Shown: in pieces, positions 20,573-29,614 of the stretch
Layout: the number at the start of each line of letters is the position of its first letter
Numbering within the stretch: position 1 is the stretch's first letter
NCBI GenBank assembly: GCA_033097465.1
Contig: AP028633.1
Coordinates: 4,142,139 to 4,206,138 of the forward strand
Length of the DNA stretch: 64,000 nt
Source: Acidothermaceae bacterium B102
Lineage (GTDB): Bacteria; Actinomycetota; Actinomycetes; JAWWOL01
Direction: 5' to 3'
The notes under the pieces: model-generated
Databases searched by the model: none
The model's input: the letters and a program-made list of their open reading frames with translations, nothing else
Told to the model about the DNA's origin: nothing
Position numbers and translations under genes: made by a program

Positions 20573-21801
20573 TGTCGGCACCAGCTTTGGGTACGACCAC
20601 CGCCGGCTCCGTCGAGGTCTCCCAGCCCGGCGCGGGCAACCGGCTCGCCGGCCCCGGCACCGGCCGTCGCTCCAGCGAGCCCGGCGACCCGCGTCCGCGC
20701 ATCGCTTCGTACGACGTGGCTGCTTTTCCGGTGCCGCAGGGTCGCGAGGAGGAGTGGCGGTTCACCCCGCTCACCCGCCTCCGTGGCCTGCAGTCCGTCG
20801 AGGTCGGTGCGCGCGGCGAGGGCAAGGTCGTGGTCGAGGTCGACGCCGCCCCGGAGGTGATCGTCTCCTCGATCGAGCGCGACCACCCGCTGGTCGGGTC
20901 GGTGCTGCTGCCGACCGACCGGGTCGCTGCCTCCGCCCTCGCCGGCTTCACCGGCGGCACGCTCGTTTCCGTCCCAGCCGGTGCGGTCGCCTCGCGCCCG
21001 ACGGTGCTCTCGCTGCGCGGCGAGGGCAACCACGCCATCTCGTACGGTCACCTGGTCGTCGAGGTGGGTGCTCAGGCCGAGGCCGTCGTCATCATCGACC
21101 ACCAGGGAAGTGCCTGCTACGCAGGCAATCTCGAGGTCATCGTCGGTGACGGCGCCAAGCTCACCATCGTCAGTGTCCAGGACTGGGCCGACGACGCCAT
21201 CCACGTCGGGTCCCACGCGCTCAAGGTCGGCCGTGACGCCACCGTGCGCTCGGTCGTGGTCACCTTCGGCGGCGACCTCGTGCGACTCACCCCCACGGTC
21301 ACCTACGCCGGTCCCGGGGGCGACGCCGAGCTGCTCGGTCTCTACTTCGCCGACAGCGGCCAGCATCTCGAGCATCGCCTGCTCGTCGACCACGCGGTGC
21401 CCAACTGCCGCAGCCGGGTGACGTACAAGGGTGCTCTGCAGGGCCAGGCTGCCCACACGGTCTGGGTTGGCGATGTGGTGATCCGCGCTAAGGCGACCGG
21501 CACCGACACCTACGAGCTCAACCGCAACCTGCTGCTGACCGACGGCGCCCGCGCCGACTCGGTGCCCAACCTCGAGATCGAGACCGGCCAGGTCGTCGGC
21601 GCAGGTCACGCGTCCGCGACCGGTCGCTTCGACGAGCTGCAGCTGTTCTACCTGCAGGCCCGCGGCATCCCGGCCGACCAGGCCCGCCGCCTCGTGGTCC
21701 GCGGCTTCTTCGCCGAGGTGATCGAGAAGATCGCCGTGCCCGAGCTCGTCGACCGACTGCTGGCCAGCGTCGACGCCGAGCTGGAGCGCAACCTGGCATG
21801 A
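20572..21801 (+). CDS. sufD: Fe-S cluster assembly protein SufD
   Basis: The ATG at 20572 (MSAPALGTT...) overlaps the sufB stop. SufD beta-helix region. Confidence 0.9.
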   Translation: MSAPALGTTTAGSVEVSQPGAGNRLAGPGTGRRSSEPGDPRPRIASYDVAAFPVPQGREEEWRFTPLTRLRGLQSVEVGARGEGKVVVEVDAAPEVIVSSIERDHPLVGSVLLPTDRVAASALAGFTGGTLVSVPAGAVASRPTVLSLRGEGNHAISYGHLVVEVGAQAEAVVIIDHQGSACYAGNLEVIVGDGAKLTIVSVQDWADDAIHVGSHALKVGRDATVRSVVVTFGGDLVRLTPTVTYAGPGGDAELLGLYFADSGQHLEHRLLVDHAVPNCRSRVTYKGALQGQAAHTVWVGDVVIRAKATGTDTYELNRNLLLTDGARADSVPNLEIETGQVVGAGHASATGRFDELQLFYLQARGIPADQARRLVVRGFFAEVIEKIAVPELVDRLLASVDAELERNLA

Positions 21802-22115
21802 GCGACTACGTGAAGGCGTGTGCCGTCGCCGACGTGCCCGACGAGGGTGCCGTGCGGGTGATTGTGGGCGGCGTGCCGTTGGCCGTCGTGCGCAGCGACG
21901 GCGAGGTCTACGCCATCTTTGACGTCTGCTCTCACCAGGACGTGCCGCTCTCCGAGGGCGACGTCGAGGAGGGCACCATCGAGTGCTGGCTCCACGGCTC
22001 GCGCTTCGACCTCAGCACCGGACGGCCGACCAGCCTGCCCGCCACCCGCCCAGTCCCTGTCTACCCCGTGAAGATCGACGGTGACGACGTGCTCGTCGCC
22101 CTCCAGGAGTCCTGA
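21798..22115 (+). CDS. Rieske [2Fe-2S] domain protein embedded in the suf operon
   Basis: CSHQDVPLSEG...CWLHGSRFDL (Cys-x-His ... Cys-x-x-His). Its start overlaps the sufD stop. Confidence 0.85.
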   Translation: MSDYVKACAVADVPDEGAVRVIVGGVPLAVVRSDGEVYAIFDVCSHQDVPLSEGDVEEGTIECWLHGSRFDLSTGRPTSLPATRPVPVYPVKIDGDDVLVALQES

Positions 22116-22118
22116 CCG

Positions 22119-22874
22119 ATGAGCTCACTTGTTATCCGCGACCTGCACGTCTCCGTCGAGGCTGAGGGCGAGGCACTCGAGATCCTGCGCGGCGTCGACC
22201 TCACGGTCAACTCCGGCGAGATCCACGCCATCATGGGGCCGAACGGCTCCGGCAAGTCGACGCTCGCCTACGCTGTCGCCGGCCACCCCAAGTACACCGT
22301 CACCTCCGGGTCGGTCACCCTCGACGGCGAGGACGTCCTCGCGATGACCGTCGACGCCCGCGCCCGGGCCGGTCTGTTCCTCGCGATGCAGTACCCCGTC
22401 GAGGTGCCCGGTGTCTCGGTCAGCAACTTCCTCCGTACGGCGATGACGGCCACCCGCGGCGAGGCGCCCAAGCTGCGCACCTTCGTCAAGGAGGTCAACC
22501 AGACCATGGCCGACCTCAAGATGGATCCGACCTTCAAGGAGCGCTCGGTCAACGAGGGCTTCTCCGGCGGCGAGAAGAAGCGCCACGAGATCCTCCAGCT
22601 CGAGCTGCTCAAGCCCAAGTTCGCGATCCTCGACGAGACCGACTCCGGCCTCGACGTCGACGCGCTGCGCATCGTGTCCGAGGGCGTCAACCGGGTCCAC
22701 GCCGGCGGCACCATGGGCACGCTGCTCATCACCCACTACACGCGGATCCTGCGCTACATCAAGCCCGGGTTCGTCCACGTGTTCGTCAACGGCCGCATCG
22801 TCGAAGAGGGCGGGCCGGAGCTGGCCGACGTCCTCGAGAACGAGGGCTACGAGCGGTTCCTGGCAGAGGCGTGA
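22119..22874 (+). CDS. sufC: Fe-S cluster assembly ATPase SufC
   Basis: Walker A GPNGSGKST and the signature FSGGEKKR. Confidence 0.95.
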   Translation: MSSLVIRDLHVSVEAEGEALEILRGVDLTVNSGEIHAIMGPNGSGKSTLAYAVAGHPKYTVTSGSVTLDGEDVLAMTVDARARAGLFLAMQYPVEVPGVSVSNFLRTAMTATRGEAPKLRTFVKEVNQTMADLKMDPTFKERSVNEGFSGGEKKRHEILQLELLKPKFAILDETDSGLDVDALRIVSEGVNRVHAGGTMGTLLITHYTRILRYIKPGFVHVFVNGRIVEEGGPELADVLENEGYERFLAEA

Positions 22875-22881
22875 TCAGGCC

Positions 22882-24141
22882 ATGACCTCCCGGGCATTTG
22901 ATGTCGAGCTGCTGCGTAAGGACTTCCCGATCCTGTCCCGGGTGGTCCATGACAATGTGCCGTTGGTCTACCTCGACAATGCGGCCACGTCACAGAAGCC
23001 GCAGGCCGTGCTCGACGCGATGGACGACTACTACGAGCGGTCCAACGCCAACGTCCACCGCGGCATCCACGTGCTCGCCGAGGAGGCGACCGCTGCGTAC
23101 GAGGCGACGCGCGACAAGATCGTGGCCTTCATCAATGCGCCCGACCGGCGTGAGGTGGTCTTCACCAAGAACTCCACCGAGGCGATGAACCTCGTCGCCC
23201 GCGTGCTCGGCGATGCTCCCGCTCCGCTGGGGGTCGGCCCCGGTGACGAGGTGCTGATCACCGAGATGGAGCACCACTCCAACATCGTGCCGTGGCAGAT
23301 GCTGTGCCAGCGCACGGGCGCGACCCTGCGATGGATCCCGCTCACCGACGACGGCCGCCTTGACCTGACCGACCTGGCCGGCCTGCTCAACGAGCGCACC
23401 CGCATCGTGTCGTTCGTCCATCAGTCCAACATCCTGGGTACGGTCAACCCGGTGGCCCAGATCGTCGCCCGGGCAAGGGAAGTCGGCGCGCTGACGCTGC
23501 TCGACGGCTCCCAGTCGGTGCCGCACATGGCCGTCGACGTGCAAGCGCTCGGCGTCGACTTCCTCGCCTTCACCGGCCACAAGATGCTCGGCCCCACCGG
23601 GGTCGGCGTGCTGTGGGGACGGGCCGAGCTGCTCGAGGCGCTGCCGCCGTTCATGGGCGGCGGCGAGATGATCGCCGAGGTCACCATGGCCGCCTCGACC
23701 TATGCCGACCTGCCGCACAAGTACGAGGCCGGCACCCCGATGATCGCCGAGGTCGTCGGCCTGGGCGCTGCCATCGACTACCTCACCGCCGTCGGCATGT
23801 CCGAGATCGCCGCCCACGAGGCCGAGGTCACCGCCTACGCTCTCGAGCGACTGCGCGCCGTCCCCGGCCTGCGCATCATCGGCCCGGACACCACGGTCCA
23901 GCGGGGCGGAGCGATCTCCTTCGCCCTGCCCGGCATCCACCCGCACGACGTCGGCCAGCTGCTCGACGAGCGGGGCATCGCCGTCCGCGTCGGCCACCAC
24001 TGCGCCAAGCCGACCTGCGTCCGGTACGGCGTCCCGGCGACCACCCGGGCATCGTTCTCCCTCTACACGACGTTGTCCGAGATCGACGCCCTCGTCGAGG
24101 GTCTCGGTCACGTGCAGCGGTTCTTCGGAGGTGATGAGTGA
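22882..24141 (+). CDS. sufS: cysteine desulfurase SufS
   Basis: 419 aa, a PLP fold. The track translation reads HKMLGPTGVGVLWG and RVGHHCAKP, which look like the PLP-lysine region and an active-site Cys. Confidence 0.95.
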   Translation: MTSRAFDVELLRKDFPILSRVVHDNVPLVYLDNAATSQKPQAVLDAMDDYYERSNANVHRGIHVLAEEATAAYEATRDKIVAFINAPDRREVVFTKNSTEAMNLVARVLGDAPAPLGVGPGDEVLITEMEHHSNIVPWQMLCQRTGATLRWIPLTDDGRLDLTDLAGLLNERTRIVSFVHQSNILGTVNPVAQIVARAREVGALTLLDGSQSVPHMAVDVQALGVDFLAFTGHKMLGPTGVGVLWGRAELLEALPPFMGGGEMIAEVTMAASTYADLPHKYEAGTPMIAEVVGLGAAIDYLTAVGMSEIAAHEAEVTAYALERLRAVPGLRIIGPDTTVQRGGAISFALPGIHPHDVGQLLDERGIAVRVGHHCAKPTCVRYGVPATTRASFSLYTTLSEIDALVEGLGHVQRFFGGDE

Positions 24142-24605
24142 CAGCCACACCGGCGCTGGAGTCGATGTACCAGGAGATCATCCTGGACCACTACAAGCGA
24201 CCTCACCACAAGGGCCTGCGCGACCCGTTCGACGCTGAGGTGCACCACGTCAACCCGACGTGCGGCGACGAGGTGACCATGCGGGTCAAACTCGACGGCG
24301 ACGTGGTGACCGACGTCTCGTACGACGGGCAGGGTTGCTCGATCAGCCAGGCCTCGACCTCGGTCATGACCGACCTCGTCATCGGCCGCACGGTGCCTGA
24401 CGCGATGGCGCTGTCCGACGAGTTCCTGCGGCTCATGCAGTCCAAGGGCCAGCTCGAGCCCGACGAGGACCTGCTCGAGGACGCCGTCGCCTTCGCCGGC
24501 GTCTCCCGCTACCCCGCACGGGTCAAGTGCGCGCTGTTGTCCTGGATGGCCTGGAAAGACGCGACCGCGCGGGCCACTGCTGTCACCGGAGAGGGTTCCT
24601 CATGA
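24138..24605 (+). CDS. sufU: SufU/IscU-type Fe-S scaffold
   Basis: NPTCGDE, GQGCSISQAS and KCALL motifs. Confidence 0.9.
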   Translation: MTATPALESMYQEIILDHYKRPHHKGLRDPFDAEVHHVNPTCGDEVTMRVKLDGDVVTDVSYDGQGCSISQASTSVMTDLVIGRTVPDAMALSDEFLRLMQSKGQLEPDEDLLEDAVAFAGVSRYPARVKCALLSWMAWKDATARATAVTGEGSS

Positions 24606-24949
24606 CCGACACCACTGTTAGCGCCGACGCCTCCATTCCCAAGGCGCGCATCGAGGACATCGAGGAGGCCATGCGTGACGTGGTCGACCCCGAGCTCGGC
24701 ATCAACGTGGTCGACCTCGGCCTGCTGTACGGCGTGACCGTTGCCGACGACCGCACGATCACCCTCGACCTGACGCTGACGTCGGCGGCCTGCCCGCTCA
24801 CTGACGTCATCGAGGACCAGACCCGCGAGGCGCTCTCGCCGCTGTGCCCCGACTTCCGGATCAACTGGGTCTGGATGCCGCCGTGGGGCCCGGACAAGAT
24901 CACCGACGAGGGTCGCGAGCAGCTGCGCGCCCTTGGGTTCAACGTCTGA
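24602..24949 (+). CDS. sufT: DUF59 metal-sulfur cluster biosynthesis protein (SufT)
   Basis: The ATG at 24602 overlaps the sufU stop. DUF59 fold with TSAACP. Confidence 0.8.
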   Translation: MTDTTVSADASIPKARIEDIEEAMRDVVDPELGINVVDLGLLYGVTVADDRTITLDLTLTSAACPLTDVIEDQTREALSPLCPDFRINWVWMPPWGPDKITDEGREQLRALGFNV

Positions 24950-24950
24950 G

Positions 24951-26054
24951 ATGAAGCTCGGACCTCTCGAGGTCGACCCGCCGGTCGTCCTCGCGCCGAT
25001 GGCCGGGGTGACCAACGCGGCGTTCCGCACGCTCTGCCGGTCGTACGGCGCCGGGCTCTATGTCTCGGAGATGGTCTCGGCGCGCGCTCTGGTCGAGGGC
25101 AACGAGTCGACCCTGCTGCGCCTCGGGTTCGGTGCCGACGAGACCGTGCGCAGCGTCCAGCTCTACGGCGTCGACCCGGTGGTCGTCGGTCTCGCGGTCT
25201 CGCAGGTGGTCGACCTCGGCGTCGACCACATCGACCTCAACATGGGTTGCCCGTCGCCCAAGGTGACTCGCCACGGTGGGGGAGCGGCCCTGCCCGTGCG
25301 CGCCGGTCTGCTCGCGCTGATCGTCCGCGCTGCTGTTGCCGCCGCCGGCACTGTGCCGGTCACGGTCAAGATGCGCATGGGGCTCGACGCCGAGACCATC
25401 ACCTATCTCGATGCTGGGCGCGCGGCCGAGGCCGAGGGCGCTGCGGCGATCGCGCTGCATGCCCGTACCGCGGAGCAGCTCTACTCCGGATCGGCTGACT
25501 GGTCGGCAATCGGCGAGCTCAAGGCCGCCGTCACGTCAGTGCCGGTGCTTGGCAACGGCGACATCTGGGCCGCCGAGGACGCGGTCGAGATGATGCGGTT
25601 GACCGGCTGCGACGGCGTCGTCGTCGGGCGCGGCTGTCTTGGCAAGCCGTGGCTGTTCCGCGACCTAGTCGACGTCTTCGCCGGCCGCGTGCCTCAAGGT
25701 GCCCCGTTGCTCGGAGAGGTCGCCGACGTGATGCGGCGCCACGCCCGGCTGCTCGTCGACTACAAGGGCGACGAGCTCAAAGGGGTACGCGACTTCCGCA
25801 AGCACGTCAGCTGGTACCTCACCGGCTACCCGGTCGGCGGCGTCCGCCGCCGCGCGCTCGCCTCGTCGTCGACGCTGGCCGAGCTCGACGACCTGCTGGC
25901 ACCGTTGGACCGCTCGACCCCATTGCCGGCTGGTGCAGAGCGGCTGGCCCGAGGCCACACCCAGGGGCCACGCATGGTGACGCTGCCGGACGGGTGGCGC
26001 GACTCTGCTGGCTCACTCACGCCACCCGAGGACGTCTTCGCCACCGGCGGCTGA
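24951..26054 (+). CDS. tRNA-dihydrouridine synthase
   Basis: VVLAPMAGVTNAAFR and LNMGCPSPKV motifs. The start is the ATG 1 nt after the sufT stop. Confidence 0.9.
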   Translation: MKLGPLEVDPPVVLAPMAGVTNAAFRTLCRSYGAGLYVSEMVSARALVEGNESTLLRLGFGADETVRSVQLYGVDPVVVGLAVSQVVDLGVDHIDLNMGCPSPKVTRHGGGAALPVRAGLLALIVRAAVAAAGTVPVTVKMRMGLDAETITYLDAGRAAEAEGAAAIALHARTAEQLYSGSADWSAIGELKAAVTSVPVLGNGDIWAAEDAVEMMRLTGCDGVVVGRGCLGKPWLFRDLVDVFAGRVPQGAPLLGEVADVMRRHARLLVDYKGDELKGVRDFRKHVSWYLTGYPVGGVRRRALASSSTLAELDDLLAPLDRSTPLPAGAERLARGHTQGPRMVTLPDGWRDSAGSLTPPEDVFATGG

Positions 26055-26085
26055 GCGGTTGTGAAGCGGACCCTGTGCGCTCTGG

Positions 26086-26463
26086 CTAGTTCTTCTTCTC
26101 CGGCGTTCGTGGTTTGCGCGAGGGTGCGGCGATCGGCCGCGAAGCATCGCTCTTGAAGTAGAAGGCCAAAGTGAGGCCAAGGACACCGGCGAGCCCCGAT
26201 AAGCAACTGGATAGGGCGATCGCCAGCTTTGCCGCGTCGTCCGCAGAGGCATCCTTGGTCAACAGGAGGACCAGAGGGGAGACGACAACGGCGGCCAGTA
26301 GACCCAAGTATCCCCACAACAGGATCACCGTTACGTTGTGGCGCGTGGCCTCCACAGGCGGGGGCACTCGTTCAAACTTGGTCAGGTCGACACCTTCCGA
26401 GAGGATGCCACCACGCTCCCGCTTGGGGCCGCCCCTTGGCGCTGGTGTCGCTACTTCTGCCAT
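26086..26463 (-). CDS. hypothetical small membrane protein (2 predicted transmembrane segments) in a lower-GC islet
   Basis: 125-aa ORF with a charged N-terminus and two hydrophobic helices. Local GC is clearly below the genome average. Confidence 0.45.
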   Translation of the reverse strand: MAEVATPAPRGGPKRERGGILSEGVDLTKFERVPPPVEATRHNVTVILLWGYLGLLAAVVVSPLVLLLTKDASADDAAKLAIALSSCLSGLAGVLGLTLAFYFKSDASRPIAAPSRKPRTPEKKN

Positions 26464-26886
26464 AGCTTGTAGGTCTCTTCCTCACCCGACACCGGGTCTG
26501 TGATCGTGATGTCCCTACCGATAGCGGCGTGAAGGAGCGAGATACCCAGGTTGATCACATAGTCGACGTCGACGTCGGCCGCCTCAGGCGGTGAAAGTCG
26601 CTCTTGCACCTTGGGCCATCTTGAGCAGCTTTCCGCTCAGCTCGGCTGGGTGTGTGTCCGCCCGGCCAAACTTGACAGGTTCGTTTAGCCCCGTCATGAA
26701 ACTCCCCTCGTAGCCCACAGGTCACTTTGATCACTCTGACCACAAAGCACCGACGGCGCAAGTGGTTCGTCGGAAGATCTCCCGATCGCCTGATCATGGC
26801 GTCTGCGGGGCGTATGCCGCTCTGGAGCAGGCGAATCCCCTTTCGCCGCGACACGCTAAGAATTCAACAAGGACCGCATAAAGAGG

Positions 26887-29559
26887 CTAGGTCACCAGGA
26901 AACCCTTGAGACGAAGGCTTCCCTTGATCACGACGAGTCGCACTGTGTGCTGACCTGCGGCGAGACCGGTGAGGGACTTGGCGGTCGTGCGGTGGCCGTC
27001 GACATAGATCGCGACTCTTGCGGTGCCGCTGGTGGTCCAGGCCACGCCGGTGCCGGCGAAGCGCATCGTCGCGCTGGCTCCCGCCCCTGCGGTCAGCCAG
27101 GTCGCCGACATTGCCGGTGTGGAAGCAACTTTCGCGCCGCCCACCTTGACCGCGTCGATGGCGGCCGTGCCGCTGCGCACCCGCAGCGCGAGGGTGTGCG
27201 GTCCCGTGCCGAGATGGGTCAGGACGTGCGCAACCCGGCTCGTCGCCTTCGAGGCGCGACTGTTGACCATCTGCCGCACCCAGCCGTCGACCAGGACGTC
27301 GACCACGCCTTGCTTGGGTCCCGTCGGCCCGTACCAGGTGATGGTCGGGCCGGAGAACGTCATCGACTCGGTGGCACCGCGGGTCGACGCGACCTGCAGG
27401 CTGCCGCCGAAGGCCTTGGGGGAGTGGACCGTTGCCCAGCGGTACGTGATGGCGGCACTGCCTGCCGGCACGAGGGTGGGGGCGACGAAGATGGTTGTGG
27501 CGGACTGGCCGCCAATCGTGACGGTGAGCAGATAGGTCTGACCAGGCACCCAAGCGGTGCCGGGGCCGACCGTGACCGTGGTGATCGGGCCGGTGGCGCA
27601 GTTCACCAGCGCAGCGCCGTTGCGGCAGACCAGCTGGACCGGCGCCGCTTTGCCCGAGGGCTTCGCGACGAGGGTGACCGAGCCAGTGGGTAGGGACGCG
27701 ACCGGCTGCGGAAGGGTGATGGTGGCCGGTGCCGTGAGCGAGCTCGGCGCGACGACGGTGATGCCGGTCGAGGTGGCAGTCGGGGTGGCATGTGAGGCGG
27801 GCGCTGCAACGGTGGGAGCGGCCGTGTGGGTGGTCGTCGGCGCCACGGATGTCGTCGGGGTTGCCGTGTGCGTAGTTGTCGGCGCCGCAGACGTGGTCGG
27901 GGTGGTGGTAGGGGTGGTGGTCGGCCCAGTCGACGCCACGGGGATGACGAGGAGCGTGGCGGACGACGCGGGGAAGGTGAGGCTCATCGAGGACGACGAA
28001 GCGACGTCGGCCTGGCGGACGATATGGCTCAGGTCGGCGACGCTGTAGCGCCACACCTGCGCCGTACCAACGGAAGTGAAGTGGTTGAGGGCCACGCTGC
28101 TGGTCAGGTCGCCGAGGCTCTTGTTGATGACGAGCACGGTCATGGCGCCGTCGGACGTGCGCTGGGCCCCGTACACGGAGAGTTTGGTCTGGTCGGCGCT
28201 GGTGGAGCTGACGTAGGTGTCGCCGAACGTCGCGCCGCTGCCGTCGTAGTTGCGGAACAGCCGGAAGGCGAAGGCGCCCGGCTGCGTGGCGGTGGGCGGT
28301 GACCAGAGGGTGGCCAGGTCGACCTGCTCGCGGCCGAAGATGCCCAAGATGTCTGCCTCGGTGAGAGCGCCGTTGAGGGCCTCGAGGCCGCCGAAGTTGT
28401 ACTCGCTGATGGCCAGCTTGGTGCCGGGGTAGTTGGCGTTGACCCAGCCGTGCATCCGCGGGATGAGGTCGACCGCGGAGTTGACGTCGGTGCCGATCCA
28501 GCTGTCGTCCTTGTACGTCGGGTCCCAGAGCGTGCGCGTCTCCATGAGTCGCTGCGCCTGCAGGGCGGCGTTGCCTGCGGTCGTCAGCGAGACGGCGTCC
28601 TGCGGGTAGTAGTGCTCGTCGAAGTAGTCGAGGTCGCGTCGGCCGTGGGCTGTGTCGTACGACTTCATCTGCGCCAGGTAGTAGGCAGCGAAGTCGACGT
28701 CTCCGTGGGCCTGCCGGTCCGAGCCGTCGTTGCAGTTGTCCGCGGCGGAGTAGAAGTAGGCGCACCAGCCCCAGTCACTCGGGCCGAGTACAGAGGCGGT
28801 GGAGTCGGCGTTCTTCACCGCCGCAGCCGTCGCGGTCGAGCGGCTGACCAGCTCGTCGTAGGTGAGCGCGTTCGGGTGGATGTCGCGGTGTGTGGAGTTC
28901 CACAGCGAAGGCTCGTTGTCGAGCTCATAGAACGGGACGCCGCCGCTGGCCGCCGCGCCGTAGTGCGAGACCAGGTAGGCAACCTCAGCCTGGTCGAACG
29001 ATGCGCCCTCGGCGACCGAGGTGGTCGATGGGTCGGCGCCGCTGATGTTGTTGCCGCCCATGACGCCGTTGCCGCAGTGTGGGTCCCAGTAGTCGGTGGA
29101 GTCCTGGGTCGGGAACGTCTCGGTCGGATAGCTGCAGTAGAACGGGTGCGAGGTCGGGCTGTTCTTGCTCACGTAGCCGGTCATGGGCAGCTCCCAGACC
29201 GTGCTGAGACCAGCCGACCTGTCGGCGCCGACAAAGGTCGTGGCCGGCGTCGAGCCGACGTTCTCGTAGTAGTAGTCGGACCCGGTGTTGGTCTCGCTGT
29301 TGAGGTAGTTGAAGCGGCTCGCGCTGTTGCCGCCAAACCGGTCGACGGTCACGCCGTTGGCTGCGGCTGTCGGCGTGTCAGCAAAGTTCTCGCCATAGAT
29401 GTACGGGCTGATGGCGTGCCGACCGGCGGTCACGTCGACGGTCAGCGCCGGCCCAGCGTTGGCCGCCTGGGCAGTTGCACCGGGCAGTGCACTGAGGGCA
29501 GCCGCCACCACGGAGGCCGCCAACGTGACGGCGGTCGCGGTTCGTCTGCGCAAAGGCAT
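26887..29559 (-). CDS. secreted glycoside hydrolase (GH-A-clan TIM barrel, GH44-like) with a Thr/Pro linker and about 350 aa of C-terminal beta-sandwich modules
   Basis: The ATG at 29559 gives the signal peptide MPLRRRTATAVTLAASVVAAALSALPGATAQA. Candidate acid/base motif YELDNEPSLW and candidate nucleophile motif ISEYNFGG. The linker is TGPTTTPTTTPTTSAAPTTTHTATPTTS. The GH44 assignment is from memory. Confidence 0.7.
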   Translation of the reverse strand: MPLRRRTATAVTLAASVVAAALSALPGATAQAANAGPALTVDVTAGRHAISPYIYGENFADTPTAAANGVTVDRFGGNSASRFNYLNSETNTGSDYYYENVGSTPATTFVGADRSAGLSTVWELPMTGYVSKNSPTSHPFYCSYPTETFPTQDSTDYWDPHCGNGVMGGNNISGADPSTTSVAEGASFDQAEVAYLVSHYGAAASGGVPFYELDNEPSLWNSTHRDIHPNALTYDELVSRSTATAAAVKNADSTASVLGPSDWGWCAYFYSAADNCNDGSDRQAHGDVDFAAYYLAQMKSYDTAHGRRDLDYFDEHYYPQDAVSLTTAGNAALQAQRLMETRTLWDPTYKDDSWIGTDVNSAVDLIPRMHGWVNANYPGTKLAISEYNFGGLEALNGALTEADILGIFGREQVDLATLWSPPTATQPGAFAFRLFRNYDGSGATFGDTYVSSTSADQTKLSVYGAQRTSDGAMTVLVINKSLGDLTSSVALNHFTSVGTAQVWRYSVADLSHIVRQADVASSSSMSLTFPASSATLLVIPVASTGPTTTPTTTPTTSAAPTTTHTATPTTSVAPTTTHTAAPTVAAPASHATPTATSTGITVVAPSSLTAPATITLPQPVASLPTGSVTLVAKPSGKAAPVQLVCRNGAALVNCATGPITTVTVGPGTAWVPGQTYLLTVTIGGQSATTIFVAPTLVPAGSAAITYRWATVHSPKAFGGSLQVASTRGATESMTFSGPTITWYGPTGPKQGVVDVLVDGWVRQMVNSRASKATSRVAHVLTHLGTGPHTLALRVRSGTAAIDAVKVGGAKVASTPAMSATWLTAGAGASATMRFAGTGVAWTTSGTARVAIYVDGHRTTAKSLTGLAAGQHTVRLVVIKGSLRLKGFLVT

Positions 29560-29614
29560 GCGGTGACGTCGACGCCGCGCGAGTCGATCTTGACCGACCA
29601 ACCGTGTGAACGGG

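Noticed and set aside
26555-26854. 99-aa minus-strand ORF in the lower-GC islet.
   Set aside because: The translation is Arg-rich and unstructured, with no ribosome-binding site. It is likely non-coding.
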